64,000 bases of DNA from Candidatus Hydrogenedentota bacterium (GCA_963668025.2 CAXXTH010000010.1:1088001-1152000), one strand, 5' to 3'. Positions 38,746 to 51,169 are shown, counted from the first letter of the stretch. Notes: generated by a model not told the origin, from the sequence alone. Translations and numbers: made by a program.

Positions 38746-41700
38746 GACTGAGGGGTAACGGACGGGTCTTGATGCGCAACAAGCGCGATCATGCGGGGCT
38801 GCGGTTAAGCCTATGCGCATGGTTTATGGCGGCCGCTATATGCGGTTTGGCGTCTCCCGCCTTCGCGGTTTTGTCCGTGGGGGTCAATTTCCAGGCGTAC
38901 TCGAGCAGTACGCCCATTGTGCAAGGCACCCAGACGGATGCGGTGTCCATTGATGTCATTCTTGATGGCCACACGTACACCGCCACGGTGCTGCCTTCCC
39001 ATCAATGGTTCATTATCGTCAACAATGCACTGTCGGACGGGGTGTATGATGTCCAAGCGACGGCGAAAGACGCATCGGATAACACCCTTTCGGATGCGAC
39101 GACGAATGAGCTTACTATAGATGCTTCTCCGCCCACGGTGACTGTCGATGAATTGCTCACCAACAGCACCAGCCCCGAGATCACGGGCGAGGCCATCGAC
39201 ACTGTCGGTGTGGCCTCAGTGGATGTCACCGTGAATGGGAGCGGCCCATATAGCGCGACAGTTGCTGGCAGCACCTGGACGCTTTCGGCAGGAACGGTTC
39301 CCGCGCTTGCAGAAGGTGTCTATGATGTCTCGGCCACGGCGGAAGATACGCTGGGCAATACGGCATCGGATTCAACTACAAATGAGCTGGAAATTGACCT
39401 TACGGCTCCTACGGTGACAACGGTTACTCCCGAAACGGGATCTCCTACGAATGCCGATACCTTGAGCTTCACGGTTACGTTTAGCGAAGAGGTTGAAAAT
39501 CTCAATGCGGCGGCGGATCTAGTGATCACGAAAGACGCCGGTGTCTCGTATATTTCCGTGCAGGTAACGGATTCCGGGGATCATATCAACTATACCGTTG
39601 ATGTCCTCGGAGTATCGGGTGATGGCGATATCACTCTCGCCGTCAGCACCGGTTCGGATGTGGCGGATCTCGCGGGGAATGCGCTGGCCTCCAGCGTAAC
39701 CAGTTCAGCGGTCACTGTCGATAATACGCCGCCCACCTTAAGCATCGGCGCACCGAGCGCCGCGTTTACGCAGAGCGGCCCGGTCACCTTCACTGTGACC
39801 TATACGGGAGCGGATAGTGTTACGCTTGCCGATGGCGATATTACCGTGATTCCCACCGGCACTGCCGCCGGTACAGCCGCCATCACGGGCTCCGGTACTA
39901 CCGAGCGCACCGTGACCATTAGCGCCATCACAGGCGACGGCACTTTGGCGATAAGTATTGCCCAGGATTCCGCTTCTGATACGGCAGGCAACCTTTCGGC
40001 AGCGGAAGGCCCCAGTAGTACATTTACCGTGGACAATACGGGCCCCGAAGTGACCGTCAATACGTTAAAAACGAAAAACACCTCTCCTGCCCTGTCCGGC
40101 ACCGTGTCAGATACCGACGGCTCCGGCGTCGCAGGAGTTGAAGTCACGGTCAATGGAGATGGCCCGCATGCTGCTACGATAACGGGCGTGAATTGGAATT
40201 TGGCCGAAGGAACTCTCACTGCGTTGGCGGACGGCACATACGATGTGGTTGTCGCGGCAACGGATACGGTCGGCAATGTGGGCAATGACAGCACTTCGGA
40301 CGAACTGGTGATCGACAACACCGCGCCCGTTGTTACTGTTACCGCTCTGCTGACCAATGACCAAAGCCCCGCCTTGGCCGGAACAATCGCCGATTCGAGC
40401 GGCGTATCGAGTTTAGAAATCACCGTAAACGGCCAAGGGCCGTATGCCGCTACGGTGGATTTCCCCGCAGGCACATGGGTCCTCGCGGACAACACGATTT
40501 CCCCGGATCTGGCCGAAGGCATTTATGATGTCGATTACACCGCCATTGACTCCCTGGGGAATAGTGGTTCGAGCACTTCAACAAGCATTTTGGAAATCGA
40601 TATTACTCCTCCTGCGCAAGCTGTTGTCAGCGAAGTATCAGATGATACTGGCTCAAGCGGCACAGACGGCATCACGAACGATGATACGCTTATCATCTCC
40701 GGTACGGCGGAAGCCGACAGTACGGTCGAGGTTTTCCAGGATTCTGTAAGCCTAGGCACTACGACCGCCGATGGCTCGGGCAATTGGTCCTATGGGCCTA
40801 CCGCAGAGTTAGCCGATGGCGATTATGATTTCACCGCTCAGGCTACCGATGGTGCGGGGAATACCGGCACGCTTTCGACGGCTTTCACTGCGACCGTAGA
40901 CACGACGATTGCCGCGCCGGTCGTGGAAGATGTTTCGTCGGATACCGGCAGCTCGAATACCGATTTCATCACCAATGATACAACATTGGTGTTTAATGGT
41001 TCGGCTGATCCGAATGTCTCCGTTCAGATGGAGATTGACAGCGCCAATGCCGGTGCTCCTGTCGCCGCGAATGGCACGGGAGATTGGTCCTATGACCATA
41101 CCGGCACGACGTTGTCAGAAGGCGTCTATTCCTTAACGGCGACTGCGACGGATACAGCGGGCAACAGTGCTTCCACGGCGGCTCCGGTGAGTTTGACCGT
41201 GGATTTGACTGCTCCAACCAACACCGCGTTCAATCTCATCACCACGTCGCCTACGAAAGAAGACACGGTCGAATTCGAAGCGGTTTTCGATGAAGACGTG
41301 TACGATTTCGATAACGCCAATGATTTGACAGTGGCAGTCACGGGCACGGTGGTGTATACCACATTATCCGTGACGAATGGGCCCACCACTTTCGATGTGG
41401 ATGTGTCGGGCGTATCGGGCAACGGCACGTTGCAGCTCACCTGGGCCGGCACTCAAGATGTGAAAGACATCGCTGGCAATGCGTTGCTTACCACTACCGC
41501 GAGCGACACTGCGACGGTGGATAATGCGCCTCCAAGCGCCCTTACGATTACACCGCCAGCAACGCCCACCAATGAAGATACGCTTCAATGGACGGTGACG
41601 TTTGACGAAGCCGTCAAGAACTTTGACGACGCATCCGACTTGGTCATTACGGAAACAGGTACTGTCGCGCATACCGGCGCCACAGTGACGGATTCGGGCG

Positions 41701-44700
41701 ACCATATCACCTTCACGGTTGAACTCACTGGCGTATCCGGTGACGGCACGGTCAATGTGGTGGTGAGCACCACAAGCGATGTGGCCGATAATGCCGACAA
41801 TGCTCTAGCCGATGGCGGCACGAGCACGGATGTCACGGTTGATAATACGGCTCCCACGGTGGATTCCATCACGGAGCCCACGACGCCCACCAATGACGAC
41901 AGCCTTACATGGACCGTCACTTTCAGTGAGGCGGTCGTGAATTTCGATGCGGAAGCTGATCTCGATATCACCGAAACCGGAACGGTTGCGCATACCGGCG
42001 TGACCGTTACGGATTTGGGCAGCCAGACATCCTTCACAGTGGAACTCACTGGCGTATCGGGTGATGGCACTGTGAACGTTGTCGTGAGTACATCGAGTGG
42101 AGTCACGGATGAGGCTGATAATGATCTTAGCTCCGGTGGCACTAGCGACGATGTGACTGTTGACAATACGTTGCCGACAGTGACCGTCGAACAGGCCTCC
42201 GGCCAAGCGGATCCGGCGAATACGCTGCCGATCACCTTTGATGTGACATTCTCTGAACCCGTCACGGGATTCGATGAAACGGATGTCACCATAGGCGGAA
42301 CGGCCACTGGCGTGGTTGTCTCGGTGAGTGGTGCGGACGACACCTACACGATCAGCGTCGACACCATTACCGGCGATGGCACGGTGATTCCCAGCCTAAA
42401 TGCCGATGTTTGCGTGGATGCGGCGGACAATGGAAACGAAGCCTCCACCAGCACGGACAACAGCGTTACATATGACTCGACCGCTCCAAACGCCCCGGTC
42501 ATCACGGGTATCACGGATGATACCAATACGGCGGCTGATGGCATCACGAGCGACCAGACTCTGGTGATCGACGGCACGGCCGAAGCTTCGAGCGAAGTCG
42601 AGGTCTTCTTGGACGGTTCCAGCATTGGCACTACCGATGCGGATGGCACGGGCAACTGGACTTTCGACTATACCGGTACGACTTTGCCGGAAGGGGATTA
42701 CACCTTCACGGCCACATCGACCGACGAGGCGGGAAACACGAGCGCCGATTCGGCGGACTTCGATGTGACAGTGGATATCACCGCCCCAGGCGTGACCGTC
42801 GAGCAGTCTTCGGGACAAGCCGATCCAGCGAATACATTGCCGATCACCTTCGACGTGACTTTCACCGAACCGGTGGAAGGCTTCGATGATGCCGATGTCA
42901 CGATGGGCGGTACGGCTACGGGCGTGACCTTCAACGTGACCGGTTCGGGCGACACTTATGTCATCAACGTTACGGTGGTAACGGGCGATGGCACGCTTGA
43001 GCCTGGCATATCTGCCGCCGTCTGCACGGATCCCGCTGGCAACGACAATGAAGCATCGACCAGCACGGACAACAGTGTGGAATATGATTCGACGCCGCCG
43101 ACGGTGACGGTCGAGCAGGCCACGGGCCAGGAAGATCCGGCCAATGCGCTGCCGGTGGTGTTTGATGTGGTATTCAGCGAGCCAGTCGAAGGCTTCGATC
43201 AAACTGATGTCACCATGGGTGGCACGGCTACGGGCGTAACCTTCTCCGTGACGGGTTCAGACGACACCTACACCATCAGCGTGGACACAGTGACAGGCGA
43301 TGGCACGCTGGTGCCTAGTTTAGCCGCGGGTGTCTGCACAGATCCGGCTGGCAACGGCAATGAAGTGTCCACCAGCACGGACAACAGTGTCGAGTATGAC
43401 TCGACCGCCCCTGCTGCTCCGGTCATCACGGGAATCACGGATGACACGAATACGGCAGCGGACGGCATCACGAGCGATCAGACGCTGGTGATCGCGGGTA
43501 CGGCGGAGGCTTCTAGCGAAGTCGAAGTCTTCTTGGATGGCTCCAGTATCGGCACCACCGATGCGGATGGCGCCGGTGCGTGGACCTATGATTATACCGG
43601 CACGACGCTGCCAGAAGGCGATTATGCCTTCACCGCGACAGCGACGGATGAGGCCGGTAATACGAGTGATGCCTCGACGGCCTTTGATGTGACGGTGGAC
43701 ATCACCGCGCCGCAAGTGACGGTCGAGCAGTCCTCGGGCCAGGCCGATCCGTCCAATACGTTGCCGATTACCTTTGATGTCACCTTCACGGAACCGGTGG
43801 AAGGTTTCGATGAAACCGATGTCACCATGGGTGGCACGGCCACCGGTGTGACCTTCACTGTAACCGGTGCGGATGACACGTACACAATCAATGTCACCGT
43901 AGTAACGGGCGACGGCACACTCGAACCGAGTATTGGCGCGAGTGTCTGCACGGATCCTGCTGGTAATGCCAATGAAGCATCGACCAGCACGGACAACAGC
44001 GTGGAATATGACTCGACGCCGCCGACTGTGACGGTCGAGCAGGCCACTGGCCAAGTGGATCCGGCCAATTCGCTGCCGGTGTTGTTTGACGTGGTGTTCA
44101 GCGAACCCGTTACGGGATTCGATGAAACGGATGTCACCATGGGAGGCACCGCTACGGGCGTAACCTTCTCCGTGTCTGGTTCGGACGACACCTACACCAT
44201 AAGCGTAGATGCGGTGACAGGCGATGGTACGCTGGTTCCGAGTCTCGCGGCGGGCGTCTGCACGGATCCGGCTGGAAACGACAACGAAGCGTCCACTAGC
44301 GTGGACAACAGCGTTGTATACGATTCGACCGCGCCTGATGCGCCAGTCATCACGGGCATCACGGATGACACGAATTCCGCGGGTGATGGCATCACAAGCG
44401 ATCAGACGCTAGTGATTAATGGTACAGCGGAAGCGCTAAGTGAAGTCGAAGTCTTCTTGGATGGCTCCAGCATCGGAACCACCAATGCGGATGGCGCAGG
44501 AAACTGGACCTACGACTACACGGGCACGACGCTGCCGGAAGGCGATTATGCCTTCACCGCTACGGCGGAGGATGAGGCGGGCAACACGAGTGAGCTTTCC
44601 ACGGCATTCGATGTGACGGTTGACATCACTGTTCCTACGGTGACGGTCGAGCAGTCCTCTGGACAGGATGATCCGACGAACACACTGCCGATCACCTTCG

Positions 44701-47072
44701 ATGTGACGTTCTCGGAGCCCGTTTTGGGATTCGATGAAACGGATGTAACCATGGGAGGCACCGCTACGGGCGTCGTCTTCACCGTTACTCCTGTACCTGC
44801 CAAAGGGGCGAACCCGGTGGCTGCGTACACCATTAACGTGACCGCAGCAACAGGCGACGGCACGCTCGTGCCTGCGATTGGCGCTGGCGCTTGCACGGAT
44901 ACGGCAGGCAATGCCAACGAGGCATCGACCAGCACGGACAACAGTGTCGAGTATGATACTGCGGAGCCAACAGTGGCCTTAACCACCACTTCCGCTGATC
45001 CCACGAATGTTAGCCCCATTCCGGTGACCGCCACCTTCAGTGAAGGCATGTATGGCTTCACTGCAGCGGATATCGTGGTGGGCAACGGTGTTGCAGGCAG
45101 CTTCTCCGGCGTGGATGGCGACACGGTCTTCACGTTTGAGGTAACGCCTGCCGCAGATGGCACGGTGACAGTGAATGTGCCCGTGGACGCCGCGACGGAT
45201 CTGGCGGGCAATGGCAATATCGCGGCCACGCAGTTGAGCCTGGTATTTGACTCGACGGGACCGGCAATCATCGTGCATCATCTGGTTACAAATGACACCA
45301 CGCCTTTTGTATCCGGTACGATCACGGATTTGACATCTATCGATACCTTCGAGATCACCATTGATGGCCACACCTATACCCCGACGATTGTTGGTTCGTA
45401 CTGGTTCACCCAAGTGACGAATCCGCTCTCCGAAGGCACATATGATGTGCAAGGCGCGGCCACGGACAATCTCGCCAATGACAGCACCGACGAAACAACG
45501 GATGAGTTGCGTGTCGATACTACCGGCCCGACCGTGACTGTCAATGTGGTATCTACTCACGATACCTCGCCGCTTCTCTCTGGAACGGTGTCGGATTCGA
45601 GTGGAGTCACTTCGGTGAATGTGACGGTGGAAGGCAATGTATATCCGGCTACTATCTCGGGTAGTTCCTGGACGATAGCTCAGGGTGTCATTGCCCCCGC
45701 TTTGGCGGAAGGCGTCTACTCCGTAACTGCCGAGGCGGAGGATTCCCTCGGCAATTCTTCGACAGATGCCACGTCGGATGAATTGACCGTCGATCTCCTG
45801 GCGCCTGTGGTGACGGTGGATACGCTTACGACCGCGGATACATCGCCTGCGCTCACAGGTACAGTGGACGACGCCAATGCCGGCATTCGCGTGACGGTGG
45901 ATGGCCGGGCGTATGACGCCACAAACCTTGGCGCTACCTGGGTGCTGCCGCAAGGCTCCATCACGCCGGAACTGGAGGATGGCCTCTACGACGTGGCCGC
46001 CACGGCTACCGATGACGCCGGTAATACCGCCACGGATGCGACAACGGACGAATTGACAATCGACAAGAATGTCATCTCCGTCAGCATCAGCGAGCCGATA
46101 CGCAACCAGACGAAGTATCCGTCTATTGTGACCAATAGCGGGCCTATCATGTACATGGTCACGTACTACAATGTCACCTCCGTTACCTTGTCGGAAGTGG
46201 ATATCGTACCCGAGTACACGGGCACGGTTTCGGCGGCAATTACCGTGTCGAATCCAATGTCCAAGGGTGAAACCGACATGATCCGCATGGTGACGTTCTC
46301 GAACATCACCGGTGATGGAACGGCTAGGTTCTCCATCAATGCGGGAACGGGTTCAGATTCAGCGGGCGCCTTAGCGCCTGCCGTTGGCCCGAGCATACCG
46401 TTCACGGTGGACAATACCGCGCCGGAGCTCACCATCAGCGCGCCGTCCGTCACTTCGACCAAGGAAGGCCCTGTGACATTTACGCTGGCCTATTCGGAGG
46501 GCAGCGTGGTGACGCTTGACGCGGGTGACATCACTTTAGTGAAAACGGATACAGCGGATGGCGACTTGACGCTGACAGGTTCGGATCTCACGTGGACCGT
46601 CGAGATCTCGAATATCACCGGCGCGGGCGCACTCGGGCTCTTCGTGCAATCGAACACGGCGCACGACAACGCGGGCAATGTTTGCCCGGCTGCGGTCAGT
46701 TCGATGGTGACTGTTGCGTTGGATGACACCGATACGGACGGCGACGGGATTCCGGACTTCGTGGAAGGCTATGTGGATCCCGACGATGATGGCATCCCGA
46801 ACTACCAAGATTTGGATAGTGACGATGACTCCATTGGTGATTCGCATGAAGGTGTTGCGGATGTCGATGGCGACAACCTTCCAAACTATCTGGATCTGGA
46901 CAGTGATGACGATGGATACTCTGATGAGCAGGAATGGGCGATAGGCAGCGATCCGTATGATGCGGAAAGCGTGCCGCTGCCCATGGCCTGGTGGCCAGCC
47001 GCCGCAGCCCTGCTGCTGGCGGGAGGCTGGATGCTCAGCCATCGCCGCAACGCCGCAGGCGACACGAAGTAA
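38742..47072 (+). CDS. Giant (2776 aa) Thr/Asp-rich Ig-repeat surface adhesin with TSP3-like repeats and C-terminal TM/Arg anchor
   Basis: Signal peptide (..SPAFA); more than 20 Ig-like repeats of several subtypes; [27 protein letters not shown]; ends [24 protein letters not shown]. Confidence 0.9.
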   Translation: MRLRGNGRVLMRNKRDHAGLRLSLCAWFMAAAICGLASPAFAVLSVGVNFQAYSSSTPIVQGTQTDAVSIDVILDGHTYTATVLPSHQWFIIVNNALSDGVYDVQATAKDASDNTLSDATTNELTIDASPPTVTVDELLTNSTSPEITGEAIDTVGVASVDVTVNGSGPYSATVAGSTWTLSAGTVPALAEGVYDVSATAEDTLGNTASDSTTNELEIDLTAPTVTTVTPETGSPTNADTLSFTVTFSEEVENLNAAADLVITKDAGVSYISVQVTDSGDHINYTVDVLGVSGDGDITLAVSTGSDVADLAGNALASSVTSSAVTVDNTPPTLSIGAPSAAFTQSGPVTFTVTYTGADSVTLADGDITVIPTGTAAGTAAITGSGTTERTVTISAITGDGTLAISIAQDSASDTAGNLSAAEGPSSTFTVDNTGPEVTVNTLKTKNTSPALSGTVSDTDGSGVAGVEVTVNGDGPHAATITGVNWNLAEGTLTALADGTYDVVVAATDTVGNVGNDSTSDELVIDNTAPVVTVTALLTNDQSPALAGTIADSSGVSSLEITVNGQGPYAATVDFPAGTWVLADNTISPDLAEGIYDVDYTAIDSLGNSGSSTSTSILEIDITPPAQAVVSEVSDDTGSSGTDGITNDDTLIISGTAEADSTVEVFQDSVSLGTTTADGSGNWSYGPTAELADGDYDFTAQATDGAGNTGTLSTAFTATVDTTIAAPVVEDVSSDTGSSNTDFITNDTTLVFNGSADPNVSVQMEIDSANAGAPVAANGTGDWSYDHTGTTLSEGVYSLTATATDTAGNSASTAAPVSLTVDLTAPTNTAFNLITTSPTKEDTVEFEAVFDEDVYDFDNANDLTVAVTGTVVYTTLSVTNGPTTFDVDVSGVSGNGTLQLTWAGTQDVKDIAGNALLTTTASDTATVDNAPPSALTITPPATPTNEDTLQWTVTFDEAVKNFDDASDLVITETGTVAHTGATVTDSGDHITFTVELTGVSGDGTVNVVVSTTSDVADNADNALADGGTSTDVTVDNTAPTVDSITEPTTPTNDDSLTWTVTFSEAVVNFDAEADLDITETGTVAHTGVTVTDLGSQTSFTVELTGVSGDGTVNVVVSTSSGVTDEADNDLSSGGTSDDVTVDNTLPTVTVEQASGQADPANTLPITFDVTFSEPVTGFDETDVTIGGTATGVVVSVSGADDTYTISVDTITGDGTVIPSLNADVCVDAADNGNEASTSTDNSVTYDSTAPNAPVITGITDDTNTAADGITSDQTLVIDGTAEASSEVEVFLDGSSIGTTDADGTGNWTFDYTGTTLPEGDYTFTATSTDEAGNTSADSADFDVTVDITAPGVTVEQSSGQADPANTLPITFDVTFTEPVEGFDDADVTMGGTATGVTFNVTGSGDTYVINVTVVTGDGTLEPGISAAVCTDPAGNDNEASTSTDNSVEYDSTPPTVTVEQATGQEDPANALPVVFDVVFSEPVEGFDQTDVTMGGTATGVTFSVTGSDDTYTISVDTVTGDGTLVPSLAAGVCTDPAGNGNEVSTSTDNSVEYDSTAPAAPVITGITDDTNTAADGITSDQTLVIAGTAEASSEVEVFLDGSSIGTTDADGAGAWTYDYTGTTLPEGDYAFTATATDEAGNTSDASTAFDVTVDITAPQVTVEQSSGQADPSNTLPITFDVTFTEPVEGFDETDVTMGGTATGVTFTVTGADDTYTINVTVVTGDGTLEPSIGASVCTDPAGNANEASTSTDNSVEYDSTPPTVTVEQATGQVDPANSLPVLFDVVFSEPVTGFDETDVTMGGTATGVTFSVSGSDDTYTISVDAVTGDGTLVPSLAAGVCTDPAGNDNEASTSVDNSVVYDSTAPDAPVITGITDDTNSAGDGITSDQTLVINGTAEALSEVEVFLDGSSIGTTNADGAGNWTYDYTGTTLPEGDYAFTATAEDEAGNTSELSTAFDVTVDITVPTVTVEQSSGQDDPTNTLPITFDVTFSEPVLGFDETDVTMGGTATGVVFTVTPVPAKGANPVAAYTINVTAATGDGTLVPAIGAGACTDTAGNANEASTSTDNSVEYDTAEPTVALTTTSADPTNVSPIPVTATFSEGMYGFTAADIVVGNGVAGSFSGVDGDTVFTFEVTPAADGTVTVNVPVDAATDLAGNGNIAATQLSLVFDSTGPAIIVHHLVTNDTTPFVSGTITDLTSIDTFEITIDGHTYTPTIVGSYWFTQVTNPLSEGTYDVQGAATDNLANDSTDETTDELRVDTTGPTVTVNVVSTHDTSPLLSGTVSDSSGVTSVNVTVEGNVYPATISGSSWTIAQGVIAPALAEGVYSVTAEAEDSLGNSSTDATSDELTVDLLAPVVTVDTLTTADTSPALTGTVDDANAGIRVTVDGRAYDATNLGATWVLPQGSITPELEDGLYDVAATATDDAGNTATDATTDELTIDKNVISVSISEPIRNQTKYPSIVTNSGPIMYMVTYYNVTSVTLSEVDIVPEYTGTVSAAITVSNPMSKGETDMIRMVTFSNITGDGTARFSINAGTGSDSAGALAPAVGPSIPFTVDNTAPELTISAPSVTSTKEGPVTFTLAYSEGSVVTLDAGDITLVKTDTADGDLTLTGSDLTWTVEISNITGAGALGLFVQSNTAHDNAGNVCPAAVSSMVTVALDDTDTDGDGIPDFVEGYVDPDDDGIPNYQDLDSDDDSIGDSHEGVADVDGDNLPNYLDLDSDDDGYSDEQEWAIGSDPYDAESVPLPMAWWPAAAALLLAGGWMLSHRRNAAGDTK
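42160..44960 (+). repeat. Internal tandem repeat, 924-bp (308-aa, three-domain) period, about 3 units
   Basis: GAYTCGACCGC.CC..YGC.CC.GTCATCACGGG.ATCACGGATGA anchors at 42474, 43398 and 44322. Confidence 0.85.
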
Positions 47073-47083
47073 CAGTATCGAAC

Positions 47084-47112
47084 GAGGGCGGGCCCTGTGC
47101 AGGCCCGCCCTC
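47084..47112 (+). terminator. Hairpin after the adhesin gene
   Basis: GAGGGCGGGCC...GGCCCGCCCTC. Confidence 0.55.
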
Positions 47113-47181
47113 TCGAAGAGATTGGCGAGGATAACGGGACGTACGAGTCAGGCGGACCTAAAACAAAGGAGTCGAGGAAAC

Positions 47182-47556
47182 ATGAAGGCATATACATGGA
47201 AACGGATCATTGGCGTGGCGGTTGCAGTAATGGCGGTGGCCGCATATGCGCATGCAGCCGATACGATCGGCGCTACAAAGGGTGATGTGAACGCGGACGG
47301 CAAAGTCACATCCGAAGATGTCAAGCTCGTGAACCAAATCGCCGTTGGCGTAGTGGTTCCCACGGAAGATCAAACCTGGGCCGCCGATGTCAACAGCGAT
47401 GGAAAAGTGGACCTTGTCGATGCCGGACAATTGCAGGATTGGCTCGACGGCAAGAGCACTAAAAATGGCGCTGCGGTTCCCGTGGCGGCATTGCCTCTTG
47501 CGCTGGCATTGGCGGGCGCTGCCCTCGGCGCGCTTTCCGTTCGCCGCCGCGCATAA
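47182..47556 (+). CDS. Small secreted protein: single type I dockerin + C-terminal TM/Arg anchor
   Basis: RBS GAGG; signal peptide (..AYAHA); duplicated Ca loops KGDVNADGKVTSED and AADVNSDGKVDLVD; ends VPVAALPLALALAGAALGALSVRRRA. Confidence 0.85.
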   Translation: MKAYTWKRIIGVAVAVMAVAAYAHAADTIGATKGDVNADGKVTSEDVKLVNQIAVGVVVPTEDQTWAADVNSDGKVDLVDAGQLQDWLDGKSTKNGAAVPVAALPLALALAGAALGALSVRRRA

Positions 47557-47580
47557 TTAACGCTCTTCATATGTAGGGAA

Positions 47581-47620
47581 ACGGGAGATCGCCCCGATTG
47601 ACAAAGGGGCGGTCTCCCGT
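47581..47620 (+). terminator. Hairpin terminating the surface-protein operon
   Basis: ACGGGAGATCGCCCC...GGGGCGGTCTCCCGT. Confidence 0.6.
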
Positions 47621-47652
47621 CTGATTTTGTACTGCTATCTTTCAGGTTTTCA

Positions 47653-47961
47653 TTTTTTTACCGCGAATGGACGCGAATGAACGCCAATATATGATTCTCG
47701 ATGTTTTTACTCCCGTAGCATGGGCGTCTCGCCCATGTGATGAGCAAGATTCAAGCAAAACGCTATGCAAAGAGACAATATATGCAACTATCTGATGTGA
47801 CTTGATTTGCGTCACGAATCTTCGCAAGAAAACAACGTTTTTTCCGAAAGAAGTACGAAGAACACGAAGCAAATGGTGAATGATATCCACCAAAAACTTC
47901 GTGTCCTTCGTTACCATATGGCAAAAAAACGGCTCTTTGGTTTCGGCTATGCTGCGTTAAG
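47653..47961 (+). repeat. Modular intergenic repeat element (inverted homologue at about 50865-51130)
   Basis: CGCGAATGGA/CGCGAATGAA tandem, GTAG-REP at 47715-47737, GAATCTTCGCAAGAAAACAAC, ACGAAGAACACGAAG, terminal TTTGGTTTCGGCTATGCTGC. Confidence 0.85.
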
Positions 47962-47963
47962 CT

Positions 47964-50300
47964 CTATCCTTCAAGCGCTGGCGCAACCGCTGATTCCACT
48001 GTCGGCGCTGGGGAAGGCAGCTTGCGCATGGCTGCGATAATAATCCCCACAATCACTGCGCTCTCCAGGCTGATGAACGCTGGAAAAACGTACAAGCAGC
48101 ATAATGCCACGATCAAAATGAGTATCGCCATCAGGAAGGACGACCATTTCCCAGCATGCTGGGCGCGCATCGTACGGCGTATCCAGCGCATGACGGCATA
48201 GCCCGCCATTGCAGCCAAGAGGTATCCAAGCCCATAAAACACCCAATTGATCCGGGAGTTATAGGTGTGTAGAACCGCGTGGATGACCGTATTCTCGGGA
48301 ACAATCAGCCGCTCATAACTACTGCTATTTCCCGCGAATGGCACCGTAGCCCGCACCGGAAGCACTCCCGCCGCGACGGCCACGTTGGAAATGCCTCCCA
48401 TTCCCCCTCCCATCATTCCGGGCGCTGATGGCTGGGGCATTTGCTTGCTGTCATTCACCATTGTCTGGACTTGAGCAAGCATACCGGCAGACTTATTGCT
48501 AAGCTCCGAGAGACGTTCCACCGATATGCCGCGAGAATCCAACTTCATATCCGGTGCCGAGAAAGCCGCATGTGGCCGAGCCGCTGCTTCCCGCCCTGCC
48601 CGTCGGCCAAAAAAATCGCCGAATACAGGCATAGGCCATCTGCTCCCCGTCTCCCGCTTATGCACATCGCCCGTGCAACGGTACACAAACTGGTTGTCCG
48701 GGGTGTAGATCTGCCAATCGAGCTGGTTCACCAGAATATCCGTGGGAGGCGCGGTGAGCGGTATGTCACCCATCAGCCCTGGCATTTTCACCGCAGGCAT
48801 CTCGTAGATGATCTCGACAGGGAACGTGTCCAATTGCTGGCCTTGCTCCGTGGATTTCGACAACGGGATCAACAGCGCCGTCGTTCCGTCTTCATACGCC
48901 GGTTTGACTACCTGCCCATTCACCGCCGCGCTCCAGATCTTCGCGCCCTCGCCCAAATCCACGCGTAGAAACTGCTTCACATTGTTGCGGACCAAATACA
49001 TGGCTTGGGTCACTATGGTGCCTTCCCGCGTCAGCAAGGTTTGCAGGTTCGCGGAGTCGATGCTGGCGATACGCACTTCCGCGTCTGTCAGCTTCTTCAC
49101 ATCCAACAAGCAGGCATAATCTCCTCCGTTATGCCGGAATGCGAACAAGATAGGTGTCGGAGACATGCCGCGTAGATTACCTGGAAGCTCTACGCTGTCA
49201 ATGCGGGTAAGATTCGCTGCGCCTTCCGCGACATTAACCGCCACGGCTCCCTGGGCCGCTACGCCGATATAGCCGGTTTCGCGCACAATGCCCTCTATGG
49301 TGAGCTTCGGCACGCACAGAGCCGTCTCGCGTTGCTCGGGCAATGTTTCATACTGCAATATGACCATGTGCCCATCCGACCAGCGCCGGTTGCCGCGCAC
49401 CTCGATCACTTGCCCCGCTTCCGTATCCGTCGTCGTAATGGCCGCATCGGGGCTGTTTACATTGGATACGCGCGCGCTGGGCGGGAGTGAAAACTTGAAC
49501 GCATCCACCGAGCCGCGCAGCACATCGAACTGTACTTGCGTCGAGCAAGCCAAATACCGGTCGCCCATGGCTGTGGCCATCGTCGAGGTGGTGCAGGCCA
49601 CCCGCGCTTCTTCCTGCACGGGCTGTTCAGGAGTGGCTTCTCCTTCGGGGCGGGTCCAGCTTACCTCGATGCGGTCGGTCGTCTTGAAGGCGATCTCAGC
49701 CTGTAGCATATTGTCGCCCCGGTTGGCCCGGATATGTCCCGCCGCGGGAGCGGATAACACAGCCTCCGGCATGGGCAGCCGCAAGCTCATATTCGTCGTG
49801 GGGGCTTGCGGGCAAGCGAAACTGAAGCTCTCCCGGCCTTCGGCACGCTCCAAAGGCAGGAAAAATGTCGCATTCACATTGTAATTACCTGGCTGCTTGG
49901 TGACTAGGCACAGCCATTCGCCTTGGGCCGCCAATCCATTCGATTCCGGCCCGCCCACGTTTGCCGAGGTGGGCGCCAATGCCCCGCTCAGCACAGGAGC
50001 GGATACCCATTTAGAATCCTGCGTCCAAACCGACACATTCAGATCCACATTCACTTGAACGCTGTCTTCATCCGCCAGCTCGACTGTATACCGTGCTTGT
50101 GTCACTGCGTATGGCAGGGGCGCTGCTTCCATTTTTGGAGATTTCACGATTTCCATCAGTTTCATGAAATCCTGCCAGGAAAGGGTCATTTGCGCCGAAG
50201 GGATATCCGGCACGATGGGGGCCGGAATTTCATCTTGCGCCCAGGCTCCTCCCATCAACAAACACGCCGCACACCATACTAAAACCTGCCTGCGTATCAT
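47964..50300 (-). CDS. Exported/membrane protein of unknown function (signal peptide, large beta-rich domain, C-terminal TM helices)
   Basis: RBS AAGGAGG before ATG 50300; signal peptide ..GAWA; about 3 hydrophobic helices at the C-terminus. Confidence 0.75.
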   Translation of the reverse strand: MIRRQVLVWCAACLLMGGAWAQDEIPAPIVPDIPSAQMTLSWQDFMKLMEIVKSPKMEAAPLPYAVTQARYTVELADEDSVQVNVDLNVSVWTQDSKWVSAPVLSGALAPTSANVGGPESNGLAAQGEWLCLVTKQPGNYNVNATFFLPLERAEGRESFSFACPQAPTTNMSLRLPMPEAVLSAPAAGHIRANRGDNMLQAEIAFKTTDRIEVSWTRPEGEATPEQPVQEEARVACTTSTMATAMGDRYLACSTQVQFDVLRGSVDAFKFSLPPSARVSNVNSPDAAITTTDTEAGQVIEVRGNRRWSDGHMVILQYETLPEQRETALCVPKLTIEGIVRETGYIGVAAQGAVAVNVAEGAANLTRIDSVELPGNLRGMSPTPILFAFRHNGGDYACLLDVKKLTDAEVRIASIDSANLQTLLTREGTIVTQAMYLVRNNVKQFLRVDLGEGAKIWSAAVNGQVVKPAYEDGTTALLIPLSKSTEQGQQLDTFPVEIIYEMPAVKMPGLMGDIPLTAPPTDILVNQLDWQIYTPDNQFVYRCTGDVHKRETGSRWPMPVFGDFFGRRAGREAAARPHAAFSAPDMKLDSRGISVERLSELSNKSAGMLAQVQTMVNDSKQMPQPSAPGMMGGGMGGISNVAVAAGVLPVRATVPFAGNSSSYERLIVPENTVIHAVLHTYNSRINWVFYGLGYLLAAMAGYAVMRWIRRTMRAQHAGKWSSFLMAILILIVALCCLYVFPAFISLESAVIVGIIIAAMRKLPSPAPTVESAVAPALEG

Positions 50301-50489
50301 GGTCACGCCCTCCTTTGCCGGAACTCCGGCATGGTTATACTTCCAAGGCTTTGCCACGTTGGACACCAAAAAAGGACGAATGGTTCAAAGAGGATTTTTG
50401 TGCTGGAGGAAATTCAAATGGCATTATCGAAAATGGGATATGGCTTAGCATCTCAAATCCCAGCTTCTATAACGAACGGCAACTTGTAT

Positions 50490-51169
50490 TCTTTGCGCCT
50501 TTGCGTCTTTGCGTGAAATATATAACTAAAGATTGTACACGCTACTAGCGCCCGTGCGCCCAATCAAGATAGTGTATACTCTCGCAAAGTCGGCCATTTT
50601 CAACGCAGATGCGCGGAGAACGCAAAGTATCGCAGAGAACCCATCCTTCTCTATTCTCAAATGTGCGAATAAACTGTTCAAGAGAATTTTTTCCACTCTG
50701 CACTACTATTTGCAGAAATCTTGTTCCCTTGTGTGGATTTTCTGTGTAAATCAATATACATCAACTCGTTAGAGACAAGACTTTCATCACGAAGAGCACA
50801 AGATCACGAAGAAAAACGATATCAATTCTGGTCTTTTATCTATGTCATCTGCGCCATCTGTGGAAAATCTTCGCGTTCTTCGTGCTACTATCGGGAAGAA
50901 TGTTGTTTTCTTGCGAAGATTCCTCATCGAACTCAAATCATATCTAACGTTCCGAGATATGCTTTTTTATGTGCCGTTGTGGGAGCGCGTTGTATGTGCC
51001 TTCTCCTTACTCGCATGGGCGAGACGCCCATGCCACGAGAGTTGTAAAAACATTTGAGAAGATATATTCGAGTTCATTCGCGTCCATTCGTGGTAAAAAG
51101 ACGAAACACTTTAGTTGCGGCTACGCTGCTCTGCGGATCTCTGCGTTCTCCGCGCCTCTGCGTTGAAAT
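50490..51169. repeat. Nest of short tandem/inverted repeats and REP
   Basis: TTTGCGCC/TTTGCGTC/TTTGCGTG tandem; about 40-bp inverted pair 50598-50637 / 51130-51169; inner inverted copy of the 47653 element with REP at 51014-51036. Confidence 0.85.

Noticed and set aside
42160-44960. Regularly spaced repeats as a possible CRISPR array
   Set aside because: Repeats are in-frame coding Ig domains with ~300/924-bp periods; there are no unique spacers and no cas genes.
38789-46729. Many antisense ORFs (up to 324 aa) over the adhesin and other GC-rich genes
   Set aside because: Shadow ORFs caused by codon bias and repeats; no recognisable motifs.
46957-47181. Longer 199-aa version of the dockerin ORF
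   Set aside because: Overlaps the adhesin end and a hairpin; signal peptide and RBS indicate a start at 47182.
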